Source: Escherichia coli
GTDB taxonomy: Bacteria; Pseudomonadota; Gammaproteobacteria; Enterobacterales; Enterobacteriaceae
Length of the DNA stretch: 56,519 bases
Reading direction: 5' to 3' (one strand)
Assembly: GCF_003334815.1 (NCBI RefSeq)
Contig: NZ_QOWO01000027.1
Part shown: in pieces, positions 10,057 to 22,160 of the stretch
How the letters are laid out: each line of letters opens with the position of its first letter
Position numbering within the stretch: the first letter of the stretch is position 1
Translations under genes and position numbers: made by a program
Notes under the pieces: generated by a model
What the model was told of the DNA's origin: nothing
Databases searched by the model: none
Seen by the model: only the letters and a program-made list of their open reading frames with translations

Positions 10057-10950
10057 TCATTTGTGGTTCGGCAAAATCTTCCAGAATGCCTCAATTAGCG
10101 GCTCATGTAGCCGCTTTTTCTGCGCACACACGCCCAGCTCAAACGGCGTTTTCTCATCGCTGCGCTCTAAAATCATCACGCGGTTACGCACCGGTTCGGG
10201 GCTGTTTTCCAGCACCACTTCCGGCAACAATGCCACGCCACAGCCGAGTGCCACCATCGATACCATCGCTTCATGCCCGCCAACCGTGGCGTAAATCATC
10301 GGGTTACTGATTTTATTGCGTCGAAACCACAGTTCAATGCGGCGGCGTACCGGCCCCTGATCGGCCATAATAAACGGCACCGTTGACCAGTCCGGCTTCT
10401 CTACCGACACCTGATTACGCACCGGGCAGGGCAGCGCGGGGGCAATCAGCACTACTGCCAGATTCTCCAGCATCGAAAACGCCACTGCGCCGGGCAAGGT
10501 TTCCGGTTTACCCGCAATCGCCAGATCCGCTTCACCAGTGACCACCTTTTCCATCGCATCTGCCGCATCACCAGTAGTAAGTTTAATCTCCACCGACGGG
10601 TGTTCCGCGCGGAAGCGATCCAGAATCGGCGGCAGATGGCTGTAGGCAGCGGTCACCGAGCAGAAGATATGTAATTCGCCAGAGAGCGACGGCCCTTGCT
10701 GATCGATGGTGTGGCGCAACTGCTGATACTGCAACAGCGTTTGCTGGGCGAAAACGCGCAGCTCTTCGCCCGCTTCAGTCAGCGTCACCGTGCGGTTATC
10801 GCGCACAAACAGCGGCTGACCGAGATCTTCTTCCAGGCGCTGAATCTGCCGTGAGAGCGTGGATGGGCTAACGTGCATCGCCCGCGCGCTGCGGCCAAAA
10901 TGGCGGCTTTCCGCCAGATGCAGGAAGGTTTTCAGATCGCGTAAATCCAC
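10057..10950 (-). CDS. ilvY: LysR-type activator of ilvC
   Basis: Track ORF is 325 aa; the annotated 297-aa protein begins at an in-frame GTG ([44 protein letters not shown], LysR HTH). Divergent from ilvC. Confidence 0.9.
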
Positions 10951-10973
10951 AGGGACAGCCCTCGATGTTGACG

Positions 10974-10988
10974 TTGCAAAAATTGCAA
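10974..10988. promoter_or_regulatory. Candidate IlvY operator palindrome in the ilvY-ilvC divergent region
   Basis: ttgcaaaaattgcaa: two copies of the self-complementary hexamer TTGCAA separated by AAA, placed between the divergent starts as expected for a LysR-type operator. Confidence 0.4.
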
Positions 10989-11099
10989 TGTGACGTTGTG
11001 AATATATCAATTTCCGCAATAAATTTCCTGTCATATAGTGAATTCAATCTCGCAAACGCGAACCGAACAATAAGAAGCACAACATCACGAGGAATCACC

Positions 11100-12575
11100 A
11101 TGGCTAACTACTTCAATACACTGAATCTGCGCCAGCAGCTGGCACAGCTGGGCAAATGTCGCTTTATGGGCCGCGATGAATTCGCCGATGGCGCGAGCTA
11201 CCTTCAGGGTAAAAAAGTAGTCATCGTCGGCTGTGGCGCACAGGGTCTGAACCAGGGCCTGAACATGCGTGATTCTGGTCTCGATATCTCCTACGCTCTG
11301 CGTAAAGAAGCGATTGCCGAGAAGCGCGCGTCCTGGCGTAAAGCGACCGAAAATGGTTTTAAAGTGGGTACTTACGAAGAACTGATCCCACAGGCGGATC
11401 TGGTGATTAACCTGACGCCGGACAAGCAGCACTCTGATGTAGTGCGCACCGTACAGCCACTGATGAAAGACGGCGCGGCGCTGGGCTACTCGCACGGTTT
11501 CAACATCGTCGAAGTGGGCGAGCAGATCCGTAAAGATATCACCGTAGTGATGGTTGCGCCGAAATGCCCAGGCACCGAAGTGCGTGAAGAGTACAAACGT
11601 GGGTTCGGCGTACCGACGCTGATTGCCGTTCACCCGGAAAACGATCCGAAAGGCGAAGGCATGGCGATTGCCAAAGCCTGGGCGGCTGCAACCGGTGGTC
11701 ACCGTGCGGGTGTGCTGGAATCGTCCTTCGTTGCGGAAGTGAAATCTGACCTGATGGGCGAGCAAACCATCCTGTGCGGTATGTTGCAGGCTGGCTCTCT
11801 GCTGTGCTTCGACAAGCTGGTGGAAGAAGGTACCGATCCAGCATACGCAGAAAAACTGATTCAGTTCGGTTGGGAAACCATCACCGAAGCACTGAAACAG
11901 GGCGGCATCACCCTGATGATGGACCGTCTCTCTAACCCGGCGAAACTGCGTGCTTATGCGCTTTCTGAACAGCTGAAAGAGATCATGGCACCCCTGTTCC
12001 AGAAACATATGGACGACATCATCTCCGGCGAATTCTCTTCCGGTATGATGGCGGACTGGGCCAACGATGATAAGAAACTGCTGACCTGGCGTGAAGAGAC
12101 CGGCAAAACCGCGTTTGAAACCGCGCCGCAGTATGAAGGCAAAATCGGCGAGCAGGAGTACTTCGATAAAGGCGTACTGATGATTGCGATGGTGAAAGCG
12201 GGCGTTGAACTGGCGTTCGAAACCATGGTCGATTCCGGCATCATTGAAGAGTCTGCATATTATGAATCACTGCACGAGCTGCCGCTGATTGCCAACACCA
12301 TCGCCCGTAAGCGTCTGTACGAAATGAACGTGGTTATCTCTGATACCGCTGAGTACGGTAACTATCTGTTCTCTTACGCTTGTGTGCCGTTGCTGAAACC
12401 GTTTATGGCAGAGCTGCAACCGGGCGACCTGGGTAAAGCTATTCCGGAAGGCGCGGTAGATAACGGGCAACTGCGTGATGTGAACGAAGCGATTCGCAGC
12501 CATGCGATTGAGCAGGTAGGTAAGAAACTGCGCGGCTATATGACAGATATGAAACGTATTGCTGTTGCGGGTTAA
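11100..12575 (+). CDS. ilvC: Ketol-acid reductoisomerase
   Basis: Track ORF is 536 aa; start placed at [23 protein letters not shown] (ATG 11100, RBS gagg upstream) to give the 491-aa IlvC. Confidence 0.95.
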
Positions 12576-12600
12576 GTGCGCGCTGATGCCCTCACCCCGA

Positions 12601-12657
12601 CCCTCTCCCACAGGGAGAGGGAGAAAACACTCAAGGCCTTCTCCTGGAGAAGGCCTT
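12601..12657. terminator. Tandem inverted repeats between convergent ilvC and ppiC (terminator region)
   Basis: Two hairpins: ccctctccc-aca-gggagaggg and aaggccttc-tcctgga-gaaggcctt. The second has a T-rich tract on the minus strand, suggesting it terminates ppiC. Confidence 0.5.
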
Positions 12658-12661
12658 GCTA

Positions 12662-12967
<306 letters not shown>

Positions 12968-13141
12968 TCAGGCGGCGATTTTAGCATGATCCGCAGATGC
13001 TAACGTAATTGTCAGTCAGGGAGTGGCTGGTACATATATGGCAAAAGCCCGGAAAATCCGGGCTTCGCAGGTCCCTCAAGGGGAGAAAACTTAGGGCCTC
13101 TATGGGCTACAAAGTCATTATCGGGGATGGTTATTTTATTG

Positions 13142-13632
13142 TCAATTTATGAGCGATATGGCATTGATTGACTTGATGACCGCCCTCTGTATGTCTGCAA
13201 CCAACTCATGTGGCAAACATTGATTAAGATACCCTCTGTAAGTTCTTGCTCTGTTTAATCTGTTTCGACTGACTTGTTGTACCAGGTCGGCTTTGGCCCA
13301 ACGAATCTGCTGATCAAAGAATTGCAGGTCATTGATAACATTACTGGCTATTTCAACATGCATTCCACGTTTTAACTTGTCTGGTCGCGAGTGGTTGATA
13401 ATGGAACGACGATGCATGCGTTGCCATTAATTTTTCCGTTGAGCACGACAACTAACCTGTTTTTTATCATTTCAGGAGGAATGCGGCCATCGTAATACGT
13501 CGTGCTGAACGGTCCATTTTGGCTAACAGGATAGTTACCAAAGTTGCATTCCAGTATTTCACCAACCTTAGGGCTGAAATTAATCGCCACGAGTAAACCT
13601 CTCCTTAGTAAACTCTGAAAAAGTAATAACAC
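13142..13632 (-). pseudogene. yifN: Frameshifted PemK/MazF-family toxin remnant (yifN-like)
   Basis: Two overlapping minus-strand ORFs of 86 aa (13372..13632) and 91 aa (13142..13417) in different frames. The first carries a PemK/MazF-like N-terminal pattern (G.I....F...NRLVVVL...C.VVPLSTT). No antitoxin-sized ORF is visible next to it. Confidence 0.6.
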
Positions 13633-13806
13633 AACGTTACGACCCGATATTTTCTAAGTCTAATGGATTCACGATGAACTCCGATTTCGGTCTTCTCTCT
13701 CTGATTTAAACATCCGCAGCCAACCGGTTAGCGGCTTACACGCGGTCACATTCAAATGCGATTCTGCTACAATCCTCCCCCCGTTCGAAGATTGAGCAAT
13801 ACACCT

Positions 13807-15828
13807 ATGCGTCTAAACCCCGGCCAACAACAAGCTGTCGAATTCGTTACCGGCCCCTGCCTGGTGCTGGCGGGCGCGGGTTCCGGTAAAACTCGTGTTA
13901 TCACCAATAAAATCGCCCATCTGATCCGCGGTTGCGGTTATCAGGCGCGGCACATTGCGGCGGTGACCTTTACTAATAAAGCAGCGCGCGAGATGAAAGA
14001 GCGTGTAGGGCAGACGCTGGGGCGCAAAGAGGCGCGTGGGCTGATGATCTCCACTTTCCATACGTTGGGGCTGGATATCATCAAACGCGAGTATGCGGCG
14101 CTTGGGATGAAAGCGAACTTCTCGTTGTTTGACGATACCGATCAGCTTGCTTTGCTTAAAGAGTTGACCGAGGGGCTGATTGAAGATGACAAAGTTCTCC
14201 TGCAACAACTGATTTCGACCATCTCTAACTGGAAGAATGATCTCAAAACACCGTCCCAGGCGGCAGCAAGTGCGATTGGCGAGCGGGACCGTATTTTTGC
14301 CCATTGTTATGGGCTGTATGATGCACACCTGAAAGCCTGTAACGTTCTCGACTTCGATGATCTGATTTTATTGCCGACGTTGCTGCTGCAACGCAATGAA
14401 GAAGTCCGCGAGCGCTGGCAGAACAAAATTCGCTATCTGCTGGTGGATGAGTATCAGGACACCAACACCAGCCAGTATGAGCTGGTGAAACTGCTGGTGG
14501 GCAGCCGCGCGCGCTTTACCGTGGTGGGTGACGATGACCAGTCGATCTACTCCTGGCGCGGTGCACGTCCGCAAAACCTGGTGCTGCTGAGTCAGGATTT
14601 TCCGGCGCTGAAGGTGATTAAGCTTGAGCAGAACTATCGCTCTTCCGGGCGTATTCTGAAAGCGGCGAACATCCTGATCGCCAATAACCCGCACGTCTTT
14701 GAAAAGCGTCTGTTCTCCGAACTGGGTTATGGCGCGGAGCTAAAAGTATTAAGCGCGAATAACGAAGAACATGAGGCTGAGCGCGTTACTGGCGAGCTGA
14801 TCGCCCATCACTTCGTCAATAAAACGCAGTACAAAGATTACGCCATTCTTTATCGCGGTAACCATCAGTCGCGGGTGTTTGAAAAATTCCTGATGCAAAA
14901 CCGCATCCCGTACAAAATATCTGGTGGTACGTCGTTTTTCTCTCGTCCTGAAATCAAGGACTTGCTGGCTTATCTGCGCGTGCTGACTAACCCGGACGAT
15001 GACAGCGCATTTCTGCGTATCGTTAACACGCCGAAGCGAGAGATTGGCCCGGCTACGCTGAAAAAGCTGGGTGAGTGGGCGATGACGCGCAATAAAAGCA
15101 TGTTTACCGCCAGCTTTGATATGGGCCTGAGTCAGACGCTTAGCGGACGTGGTTATGAAGCATTGACCCGCTTCACTCACTGGTTGGCAGAAATCCAGCG
15201 TCTGGCGGAGCGGGAGCCGATTGCCGCGGTGCGTGATCTGATCCATGGCATGGATTATGAATCCTGGCTGTACGAAACATCGCCCAGCCCGAAAGCCGCC
15301 GAAATGCGCATGAAGAACGTCAACCAACTGTTTAGCTGGATGACGGAGATGCTGGAAGGCAGTGAACTGGATGAGCCGATGACGCTCACCCAGGTGGTGA
15401 CGCGCTTTACTTTGCGCGACATGATGGAGCGTGGTGAGAGTGAAGAAGAGCTGGATCAGGTGCAACTGATGACTCTCCACGCGTCGAAAGGGCTGGAGTT
15501 TCCTTATGTCTACATGGTCGGTATGGAAGAAGGGTTTTTGCCGCACCAGAGCAGCATCGATGAAGATAATATCGATGAGGAGCGGCGGCTGGCCTATGTC
15601 GGCATTACCCGCGCCCAGAAGGAATTGACCTTTACGCTGTGTAAAGAACGCCGTCAGTACGGCGAACTGGTGCGCCCGGAGCCGAGCCGCTTTTTGCTGG
15701 AGCTGCCGCAGGATGATCTGATTTGGGAACAGGAGCGCAAAGTGGTCAGCGCCGAAGAACGGATGCAGAAAGGGCAAAGCCATCTGGCGAATCTGAAAGC
15801 GATGATGGCGGCAAAACGAGGGAAATAA
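13807..15828 (+). CDS. rep: ATP-dependent DNA helicase Rep
   Basis: Track ORF is 690 aa; start placed at [31 protein letters not shown] to give the 673-aa Rep. UvrD/Rep superfamily 1 helicase motifs are present. Confidence 0.95.
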   Translation: MRLNPGQQQAVEFVTGPCLVLAGAGSGKTRVITNKIAHLIRGCGYQARHIAAVTFTNKAAREMKERVGQTLGRKEARGLMISTFHTLGLDIIKREYAALGMKANFSLFDDTDQLALLKELTEGLIEDDKVLLQQLISTISNWKNDLKTPSQAAASAIGERDRIFAHCYGLYDAHLKACNVLDFDDLILLPTLLLQRNEEVRERWQNKIRYLLVDEYQDTNTSQYELVKLLVGSRARFTVVGDDDQSIYSWRGARPQNLVLLSQDFPALKVIKLEQNYRSSGRILKAANILIANNPHVFEKRLFSELGYGAELKVLSANNEEHEAERVTGELIAHHFVNKTQYKDYAILYRGNHQSRVFEKFLMQNRIPYKISGGTSFFSRPEIKDLLAYLRVLTNPDDDSAFLRIVNTPKREIGPATLKKLGEWAMTRNKSMFTASFDMGLSQTLSGRGYEALTRFTHWLAEIQRLAEREPIAAVRDLIHGMDYESWLYETSPSPKAAEMRMKNVNQLFSWMTEMLEGSELDEPMTLTQVVTRFTLRDMMERGESEEELDQVQLMTLHASKGLEFPYVYMVGMEEGFLPHQSSIDEDNIDEERRLAYVGITRAQKELTFTLCKERRQYGELVRPEPSRFLLELPQDDLIWEQERKVVSAEERMQKGQSHLANLKAMMAAKRGK

Positions 15829-15833
15829 TCAAG

Positions 15834-15866
15834 GCCGGAAAAGATGCGTCAGCATCGCATCCGGCA
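15834..15866. repeat. REP element between convergent rep and gppA
   Basis: gccggaaaagatgcgtcagcatcgcatccggca: palindromic, REP-like (gatgcg...cgcatc, gccgga...tccggc). Confidence 0.7.
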
Positions 15867-15874
15867 CTTACTCA

Positions 15875-17359
15875 TTAATGCACTTCCAGCGGCCAGTGGA
15901 CATAGCTCTGCCACTGGCTTTCCTGAGCAATAATCTCTTTACCCAGCGGATGTTGGGTTAGCCAACCTTGCGGAAGCGTCAAGGTCAACAGTTCATGGTT
16001 AGCCTGTAATGTCATCTCTGGCACGAGATCGTCACGGCGACGGCTGGCAAAAATGATGGCCAGGCGTAGTAAACGGCAGAGTTGTTCTGCGACGCGCGGC
16101 GGTACGGCATTTTGCTGATGCAGCGATGAGAGATCGACCGGATTAGTCTGGTTGAGCAGTAGCGTCGCCAGCAATTTTTTCTGTGCGGGGGTAAAACCGG
16201 GAAGATCCAGATTACGCACCAGATAAGCAGCGTGTTGCGGCGCTTGTTTGAAGTCAACGCTCAGGCCGATTTCATGAAGCTGACAGGCGCTGATGAGCAA
16301 ATCGCGGCTTATTGCTTCAAGATGCCATTCGTTTTCCACCTGATCGAAGAAGTTAGCCGCAACTTTGGCTACGCGCTGTGCCTGATCAATATCGATCATA
16401 AAGCGGCGTTGAATATTACGCAGCGTACGGCTGCGAATATCCTGCTCGACGGCCAGATGCAACATGCCGTAGACCAGGCCTTCACGCAGCGCACCGCCCG
16501 CCAGGGTCATACACTGAATATTCAGTTCGGTAAAAATGGCGATCAGGATCGCCAGACCACTCGGGAACACTAACGCACGTTCCAGCGTCAGCCCGTCAAT
16601 CTCCAGTTCCTCCAGCCGACCGCAATGAATGGCTCGCTGTTTCAATTGCTGCAACTTTTCCAGGGTAATGCGTTCATCCATCCCCTGTGCCATCATGATT
16701 TCCTGTAACGCCTGCACGGTGCCGGAAGCACCAACGCACACTTTCCAGCCGTGATACCGTAATTCATCGGCAACCGGACGTAACACTTCGCGTGCCGCTT
16801 TTTCTGCAGCATCAAAATTTTCCTGCCCCAGATTACGATCGGCAAAATAGCGTTCCAGCCAGGTGACGCAGCCCATCGACAGGCTGAACAACGAGGTGGT
16901 TTGTGCACCCGTGCCGGTTACCAGTTCAGTACTGGCTCCGCCTATATCCACCACCAGGCGCTGATCGGCACCACCAGTGGTGTGAGCAACGCCCTGATAA
17001 ATCAGACGTGCTTCCTCTTCACCGCTGATCACCTGTACCGGACAACCGAGAATTTCCTGCGCTTTGGCAATAAAATCACCCGCATTGACGGCAAGGCGTA
17101 ACGTCGCCGTAGCGACAACGCGAATTTGCGAGGGAGGAATATCTTGCAGACGTTCAGCAAACAGGCGCAAACATTGCCAACCGCGCTCCATTGCTTCATT
17201 GGAGAGGGCATTTTCGCTATTCAGGCCAGCAGCCAGACGCACTTTGCGTTTTATTCGCGTCAGCGTCTGGATGCTTCCAGCCACCTCGCGCACAACCAGC
17301 ATATGAAAACTATTCGAACCGAGATCAATGGCTGCATACAGCGACGAGGTGGAACCCAT
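15875..17359 (-). CDS. gppA: Guanosine pentaphosphate phosphohydrolase / exopolyphosphatase
   Basis: Track ORF is 497 aa ([26 protein letters not shown]..., Ppx/GppA fold). Start placed at MGSTSS to give 494 aa; the start codon is uncertain by 3 codons. Confidence 0.9.
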   Translation of the reverse strand: MGSTSSLYAAIDLGSNSFHMLVVREVAGSIQTLTRIKRKVRLAAGLNSENALSNEAMERGWQCLRLFAERLQDIPPSQIRVVATATLRLAVNAGDFIAKAQEILGCPVQVISGEEEARLIYQGVAHTTGGADQRLVVDIGGASTELVTGTGAQTTSLFSLSMGCVTWLERYFADRNLGQENFDAAEKAAREVLRPVADELRYHGWKVCVGASGTVQALQEIMMAQGMDERITLEKLQQLKQRAIHCGRLEELEIDGLTLERALVFPSGLAILIAIFTELNIQCMTLAGGALREGLVYGMLHLAVEQDIRSRTLRNIQRRFMIDIDQAQRVAKVAANFFDQVENEWHLEAISRDLLISACQLHEIGLSVDFKQAPQHAAYLVRNLDLPGFTPAQKKLLATLLLNQTNPVDLSSLHQQNAVPPRVAEQLCRLLRLAIIFASRRRDDLVPEMTLQANHELLTLTLPQGWLTQHPLGKEIIAQESQWQSYVHWPLEVH

Positions 17360-17494
17360 ACTCTTCATCCTTCAATCTGTCTCTGTGTTGGCTGCATTCT
17401 TTCACCTGAATCACTTACTACAGTAAGCTCATCGGGATTCATTCTCTTGCCATCTTGATACAGTTTGAATGATTTTGAGTATGACATTTTTTAT

Positions 17495-18760
17495 TTAACC
17501 TGAACGACGACGATTACGCGGAGCGCCAGTACGACGCGGACCATTGCCTGTGCGCGGGCGCGTGAGGCGCAGCGGTTTTGGCAGATCGGTCATCAATGCG
17601 TCCGGATTGTATTTGCTTACCGGAATTGAGTGACCAATATAGGTCTCAATAGCAGGCAAATTCAATGCATACTCTTCACACGCCAGGCTGATAGAGTGAC
17701 CGCTTGCGCCTGCGCGACCTGTACGACCAATACGGTGAACGTAATCTTCACAGTCATCGGGTAAATCGTAGTTAAAGACGTGCGTCACTGCCGGAATATG
17801 CAAACCACGCGCGGCAACGTCGGTGGCAACCAGAATATCCAGATCGCCACGGGTAAATTCATCAAGAATACGCAGACGTTTTTTCTGCGCGACATCGCCT
17901 GTCAATAAACCGACACGATGACCATCTGCTGCCAGGTGGCCCCAGATCTCTTCACAACGGTGTTTGGTGTTGGCGAAAATAATCGCTCTGTCTGGCCACT
18001 CTTCTTCGATCAGCGTTTGCAGCAAACGCATTTTTTCTTCGTTAGAAGGGTAGAAAAGCTCTTCTTTAATACGGTGGCCCGTTTTCTGTTCCGGTTCCAC
18101 TTCAATATATTCGGCATTGTTCATCTGCTCGAACGCCAGTTCACGTACCCGGTACGAAAGCGTGGCGGAGAACAGCATGTTGAGGCGCTGGTTTGCAGGC
18201 GGCATACGGCGGAACAGCCAGCGGATATCTTTAATAAAGCCCAGATCGTACATGCGATCGGCTTCGTCCAGTACCACCACCTGAATGGCACCGAGGTTAA
18301 TGTGGTTCTGCTTGGCGTAGTCAATTAAACGCCCCGTGGTGCCAATCAGAATGTCAACGCCGCTTTCCAGCACTTTCAGCTGTTTGTCGTAGCCATCACC
18401 ACCGTAAGCCAGACCCAGCTTCAGGCCAGTAGCTTCCGCCAGCGGTTCTGCGTCGGCATGGATCTGCACGGCAAGTTCACGCGTCGGTGCCATAATTAAG
18501 GCACGCGGCTGATTCACCTTGCGATCGGCAATCGCAGGATGAGAGAGAAGATAATGAAACGTTGACGTAAGAAACGCCATCGTTTTCCCGGTACCGGTTT
18601 GCGCCTGCCCGGCTACGTCACGACCCGCCAGCGTCAGCGGAAGGGCCAGTGCCTGAATGGGCGTACAGTTATGAAACCCTTTTTTTTCAAGGGCTTCTAC
18701 AACCTTCGGATGCAGGGCGAAGTCGGAAAACTTCTGTTCTGTTAAATGTGTTTTGCTCAT
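17495..18760 (-). CDS. rhlB: DEAD-box RNA helicase RhlB (degradosome component)
   Basis: 421-aa ORF with a Q motif, Walker A (GTGKT), DEAD box (VLDEAD) and an Arg-rich C-terminal tail. Confidence 0.95.
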
Positions 18761-18890
18761 AGTGTGGTAGAATATCAGCTTACTATTGCTTTACGAAAGC
18801 GTATCCGGTGAAATAAAGTCAACCTTTAGTTGGTTAATGTTACACCAACAACGAAACCAACACGCCAGGCTTATTCCTGTGGAGTTATAT

Positions 18891-19220
18891 ATGAGCGATA
18901 AAATTATTCACCTGACTGACGACAGTTTTGACACGGATGTACTCAAAGCGGACGGGGCGATCCTCGTCGATTTCTGGGCAGAGTGGTGCGGTCCGTGCAA
19001 AATGATCGCCCCGATTCTGGATGAAATCGCTGACGAATATCAGGGCAAACTGACCGTTGCAAAACTGAACATCGATCAAAACCCTGGCACTGCGCCGAAA
19101 TATGGCATCCGTGGTATCCCGACTCTGCTGCTGTTCAAAAACGGTGAAGTGGCGGCAACCAAAGTGGGTGCACTGTCTAAAGGTCAGTTGAAAGAGTTCC
19201 TCGACGCTAACCTGGCGTAA
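18891..19220 (+). CDS. trxA: Thioredoxin 1
   Basis: Track ORF is 144 aa; start placed at [13 protein letters not shown] (ATG 18891, RBS ggag upstream) to give the 109-aa protein with the active site WCGPC. Confidence 0.95.
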
Positions 19221-19360
19221 GGGAATTTCATGTTCGGGTGCCCCGTCGCTAAAAACTGGACGCCCGGCGTGAGTCATGCTAACTTAGTGTTGACTTCGTA
19301 TTAAACATACCTTATTAAGTTTGAATCTTGTAATTTCCAACGCTTCCCGTTTTATCTTAA

Positions 19361-19462
19361 ATGCGAAGTGAACAGATTTCTGGCTCGTCACTCAATCCGT
19401 CTTGTCGTTTCAGTTCTGCGTACTCTCCTGTGACCAGGCAGCGAAAAGACATGAGTCGATGA
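19361..19462 (+). CDS. rhoL: rho operon leader peptide (33 aa)
   Basis: ATG at 19361 encodes MRSEQISGSSLNPSCRFSSAYSPVTRQRKDMSR then TGA, in the long leader upstream of rho. Confidence 0.7.
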   Translation: MRSEQISGSSLNPSCRFSSAYSPVTRQRKDMSR

Positions 19463-19546
19463 CCGTAAACAGGCATGGATGATCCTGCCATACCATTCAC
19501 AACATTAAGTTCGAGATTTACCCCAAGTTTAAGAACTCACACCACT

Positions 19547-20806
19547 ATGAATCTTACCGAATTAAAGAATACGCCGGTTTCTGAGCTGATCACTCTCGGC
19601 GAAAATATGGGGCTGGAAAACCTGGCTCGTATGCGTAAGCAGGACATTATTTTTGCCATCCTGAAGCAGCACGCAAAGAGTGGCGAAGATATCTTTGGTG
19701 ATGGCGTACTGGAGATATTGCAGGATGGATTTGGTTTCCTCCGTTCCGCAGACAGCTCCTACCTCGCCGGTCCTGATGACATCTACGTTTCCCCTAGCCA
19801 AATCCGCCGTTTCAACCTCCGCACTGGTGATACCATCTCTGGTAAGATTCGCCCGCCGAAAGAAGGTGAACGCTATTTTGCGCTGCTGAAAGTTAACGAA
19901 GTTAACTTCGACAAACCTGAAAACGCCCGCAACAAAATCCTCTTTGAGAACTTAACCCCGCTGCACGCAAACTCTCGTCTGCGTATGGAACGTGGTAACG
20001 GTTCTACTGAAGATTTAACTGCTCGCGTACTGGATCTGGCATCACCTATCGGTCGTGGTCAGCGTGGTCTGATTGTGGCACCGCCGAAAGCCGGTAAAAC
20101 CATGCTGCTGCAGAACATTGCTCAGAGCATTGCTTACAACCACCCGGATTGTGTGCTGATGGTTCTGCTGATCGACGAACGTCCGGAAGAAGTAACCGAG
20201 ATGCAGCGTCTGGTAAAAGGTGAAGTTGTTGCTTCTACCTTTGACGAACCCGCATCTCGCCACGTTCAGGTTGCGGAAATGGTGATCGAGAAGGCCAAAC
20301 GCCTGGTTGAGCACAAGAAAGACGTTATCATTCTGCTCGACTCCATCACTCGTCTGGCGCGCGCTTACAACACCGTTGTTCCGGCGTCAGGTAAAGTGTT
20401 GACCGGTGGTGTGGATGCCAACGCCCTGCATCGTCCGAAACGCTTCTTTGGTGCGGCGCGTAACGTGGAAGAGGGCGGCAGCCTGACCATTATCGCGACG
20501 GCGCTTATCGATACCGGTTCTAAAATGGACGAAGTTATCTACGAAGAGTTTAAAGGTACAGGCAACATGGAACTGCACCTCTCTCGTAAGATCGCTGAAA
20601 AACGCGTCTTCCCGGCTATCGACTACAACCGTTCTGGTACCCGTAAAGAAGAGCTGCTCACGACTCAGGAAGAACTGCAGAAAATGTGGATCCTGCGCAA
20701 AATCATTCACCCGATGGGCGAAATCGATGCAATGGAATTCCTCATTAATAAACTGGCAATGACCAAGACCAATGACGATTTCTTCGAAATGATGAAACGC
20801 TCATAA
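19547..20806 (+). CDS. rho: Transcription termination factor Rho
   Basis: Track ORF is 443 aa; start placed at [25 protein letters not shown] (ATG 19547) to give the 419-aa Rho, with Walker A (APPKAGKT) present. Confidence 0.96.
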
Positions 20807-20820
20807 ATTTGTCTTATGCC

Positions 20821-20858
20821 AAAAACGCCACGTGTTTACGTGGCGTTTTGCTTTTATA
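20821..20858 (+). terminator. Rho-independent terminator downstream of rho
   Basis: aaaaacgccacgtgtttacgtggcgttttgcttttat: 10-bp stem acgccacgt/acgtggcgt followed by a T-rich tail. Confidence 0.8.
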
Positions 20859-21045
20859 TCTGTAATCTTAATGCCGCGCTGGCGATGTTAGGAAAATTCC
20901 TGGAATTTGCTGGCATGTTATGCAATTTGCATATCAAATGGTTAATTTTTGCACAGGACTGGTGGGTTTGGAACGGACTTTCCCTTCTGAATAAAGGTCT
21001 TCGTGGTTATACTTCTGCTAATAATTTTCTCTGAGAGCATGCATT

Positions 21046-22149
21046 GTGAATTTACTGACAGTGAGTACTGATCTCATCAGTATTTTTTTATTCACGACAC
21101 TGTTTCTGTTTTTTGCCCGTAAGGTGGCAAAAAAAGTCGGTTTAGTGGATAAACCAAACTTCCGCAAACGTCACCAGGGATTGATACCTCTCGTTGGGGG
21201 GATTTCGGTTTACGCAGGGATTTGCTTCACGTTCGGAATTGTCGATTACTATATTCCGCATGCATCTCTCTATCTCGCTTGTGCCGGTGTGCTTGTTTTC
21301 ATTGGCGCGCTGGATGACCGTTTTGATATCAGCGTAAAAATCCGTGCCACCATACAGGCCGCTGTTGGCATTGTTATGATGGTGTTCGGCAAGCTTTATC
21401 TCAGTAGCCTGGGTTATATCTTTGGCTCCTGGGAGATGGTGCTCGGACCGTTTGGTTACTTCCTGACGCTATTTGCCGTCTGGGCGGCCATTAATGCGTT
21501 CAACATGGTTGATGGCATTGATGGCTTGCTGGGCGGGTTGTCCTGCGTCTCGTTTGCAGCAATCGGTATGATTTTGTGGTTCGACGGGCAAACCAGCCTC
21601 GCAATCTGGTGCTTTGCGATGATCGCCGCCATCCTGCCATACATCATGCTTAACCTTGGTATCCTGGGTCGCCGCTACAAAGTCTTTATGGGTGATGCGG
21701 GCAGTACGCTGATTGGTTTTACCGTTATCTGGATCCTGCTCGAAACGACCCAGGGCAAAACCCATCCCATCAGCCCGGTTACCGCTTTGTGGATAATCGC
21801 CATTCCGCTAATGGATATGGTGGCGATTATGTACCGTCGCCTGCGTAAAGGCATGAGCCCATTCTCTCCTGACCGTCAGCATATTCACCATTTGATCATG
21901 CGTGCCGGGTTTACTTCCCGTCAGGCGTTTGTGCTGATTACCCTTGCCGCAGCACTGCTCGCTTCCATTGGCGTGCTGGCAGAATATTCTCATTTTGTCC
22001 CGGAGTGGGTCATGCTGGTGCTCTTTTTGCTAGCATTCTTCCTCTATGGATATTGCATTAAGCGTGCCTGGAAAGTTGCTCGCTTTATTAAGCGCGTAAA
22101 ACGCAGACTGCGTAGAAATCGTGGTGGCAGCCCCAATTTAACCAAATAA
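21046..22149 (+). CDS. wecA: UDP-GlcNAc:undecaprenyl-phosphate GlcNAc-1-phosphate transferase (first ECA step)
   Basis: 367-aa polytopic membrane ORF starting at GTG (MNLLTVSTDLISIFLF...), MraY/WecA family. Confidence 0.93.
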   Translation: MNLLTVSTDLISIFLFTTLFLFFARKVAKKVGLVDKPNFRKRHQGLIPLVGGISVYAGICFTFGIVDYYIPHASLYLACAGVLVFIGALDDRFDISVKIRATIQAAVGIVMMVFGKLYLSSLGYIFGSWEMVLGPFGYFLTLFAVWAAINAFNMVDGIDGLLGGLSCVSFAAIGMILWFDGQTSLAIWCFAMIAAILPYIMLNLGILGRRYKVFMGDAGSTLIGFTVIWILLETTQGKTHPISPVTALWIIAIPLMDMVAIMYRRLRKGMSPFSPDRQHIHHLIMRAGFTSRQAFVLITLAAALLASIGVLAEYSHFVPEWVMLVLFLLAFFLYGYCIKRAWKVARFIKRVKRRLRRNRGGSPNLTK

Positions 22150-22160
22150 ATGAGGATGTG

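Noticed and set aside
11085-12008. 307-aa minus-strand ORF antisense to ilvC
   Set aside because: Fully embedded antisense in ilvC; no RBS or promoter; composition typical of a spurious shadow ORF.
14749-15783. 344-aa minus-strand ORF antisense to rep
   Set aside because: It lies entirely inside the well-supported rep helicase gene on the opposite strand and has a low-complexity, Arg/His/Gln-rich composition typical of antisense frames in GC-rich genes; no independent start signals.
20911-20925. sigma54-like motif tggcatgttatgcaa upstream of wecA
   Set aside because: The GG-to-GC spacing is 10 nt rather than the 12 nt (GG-N10-GC) required for a sigma54 promoter.
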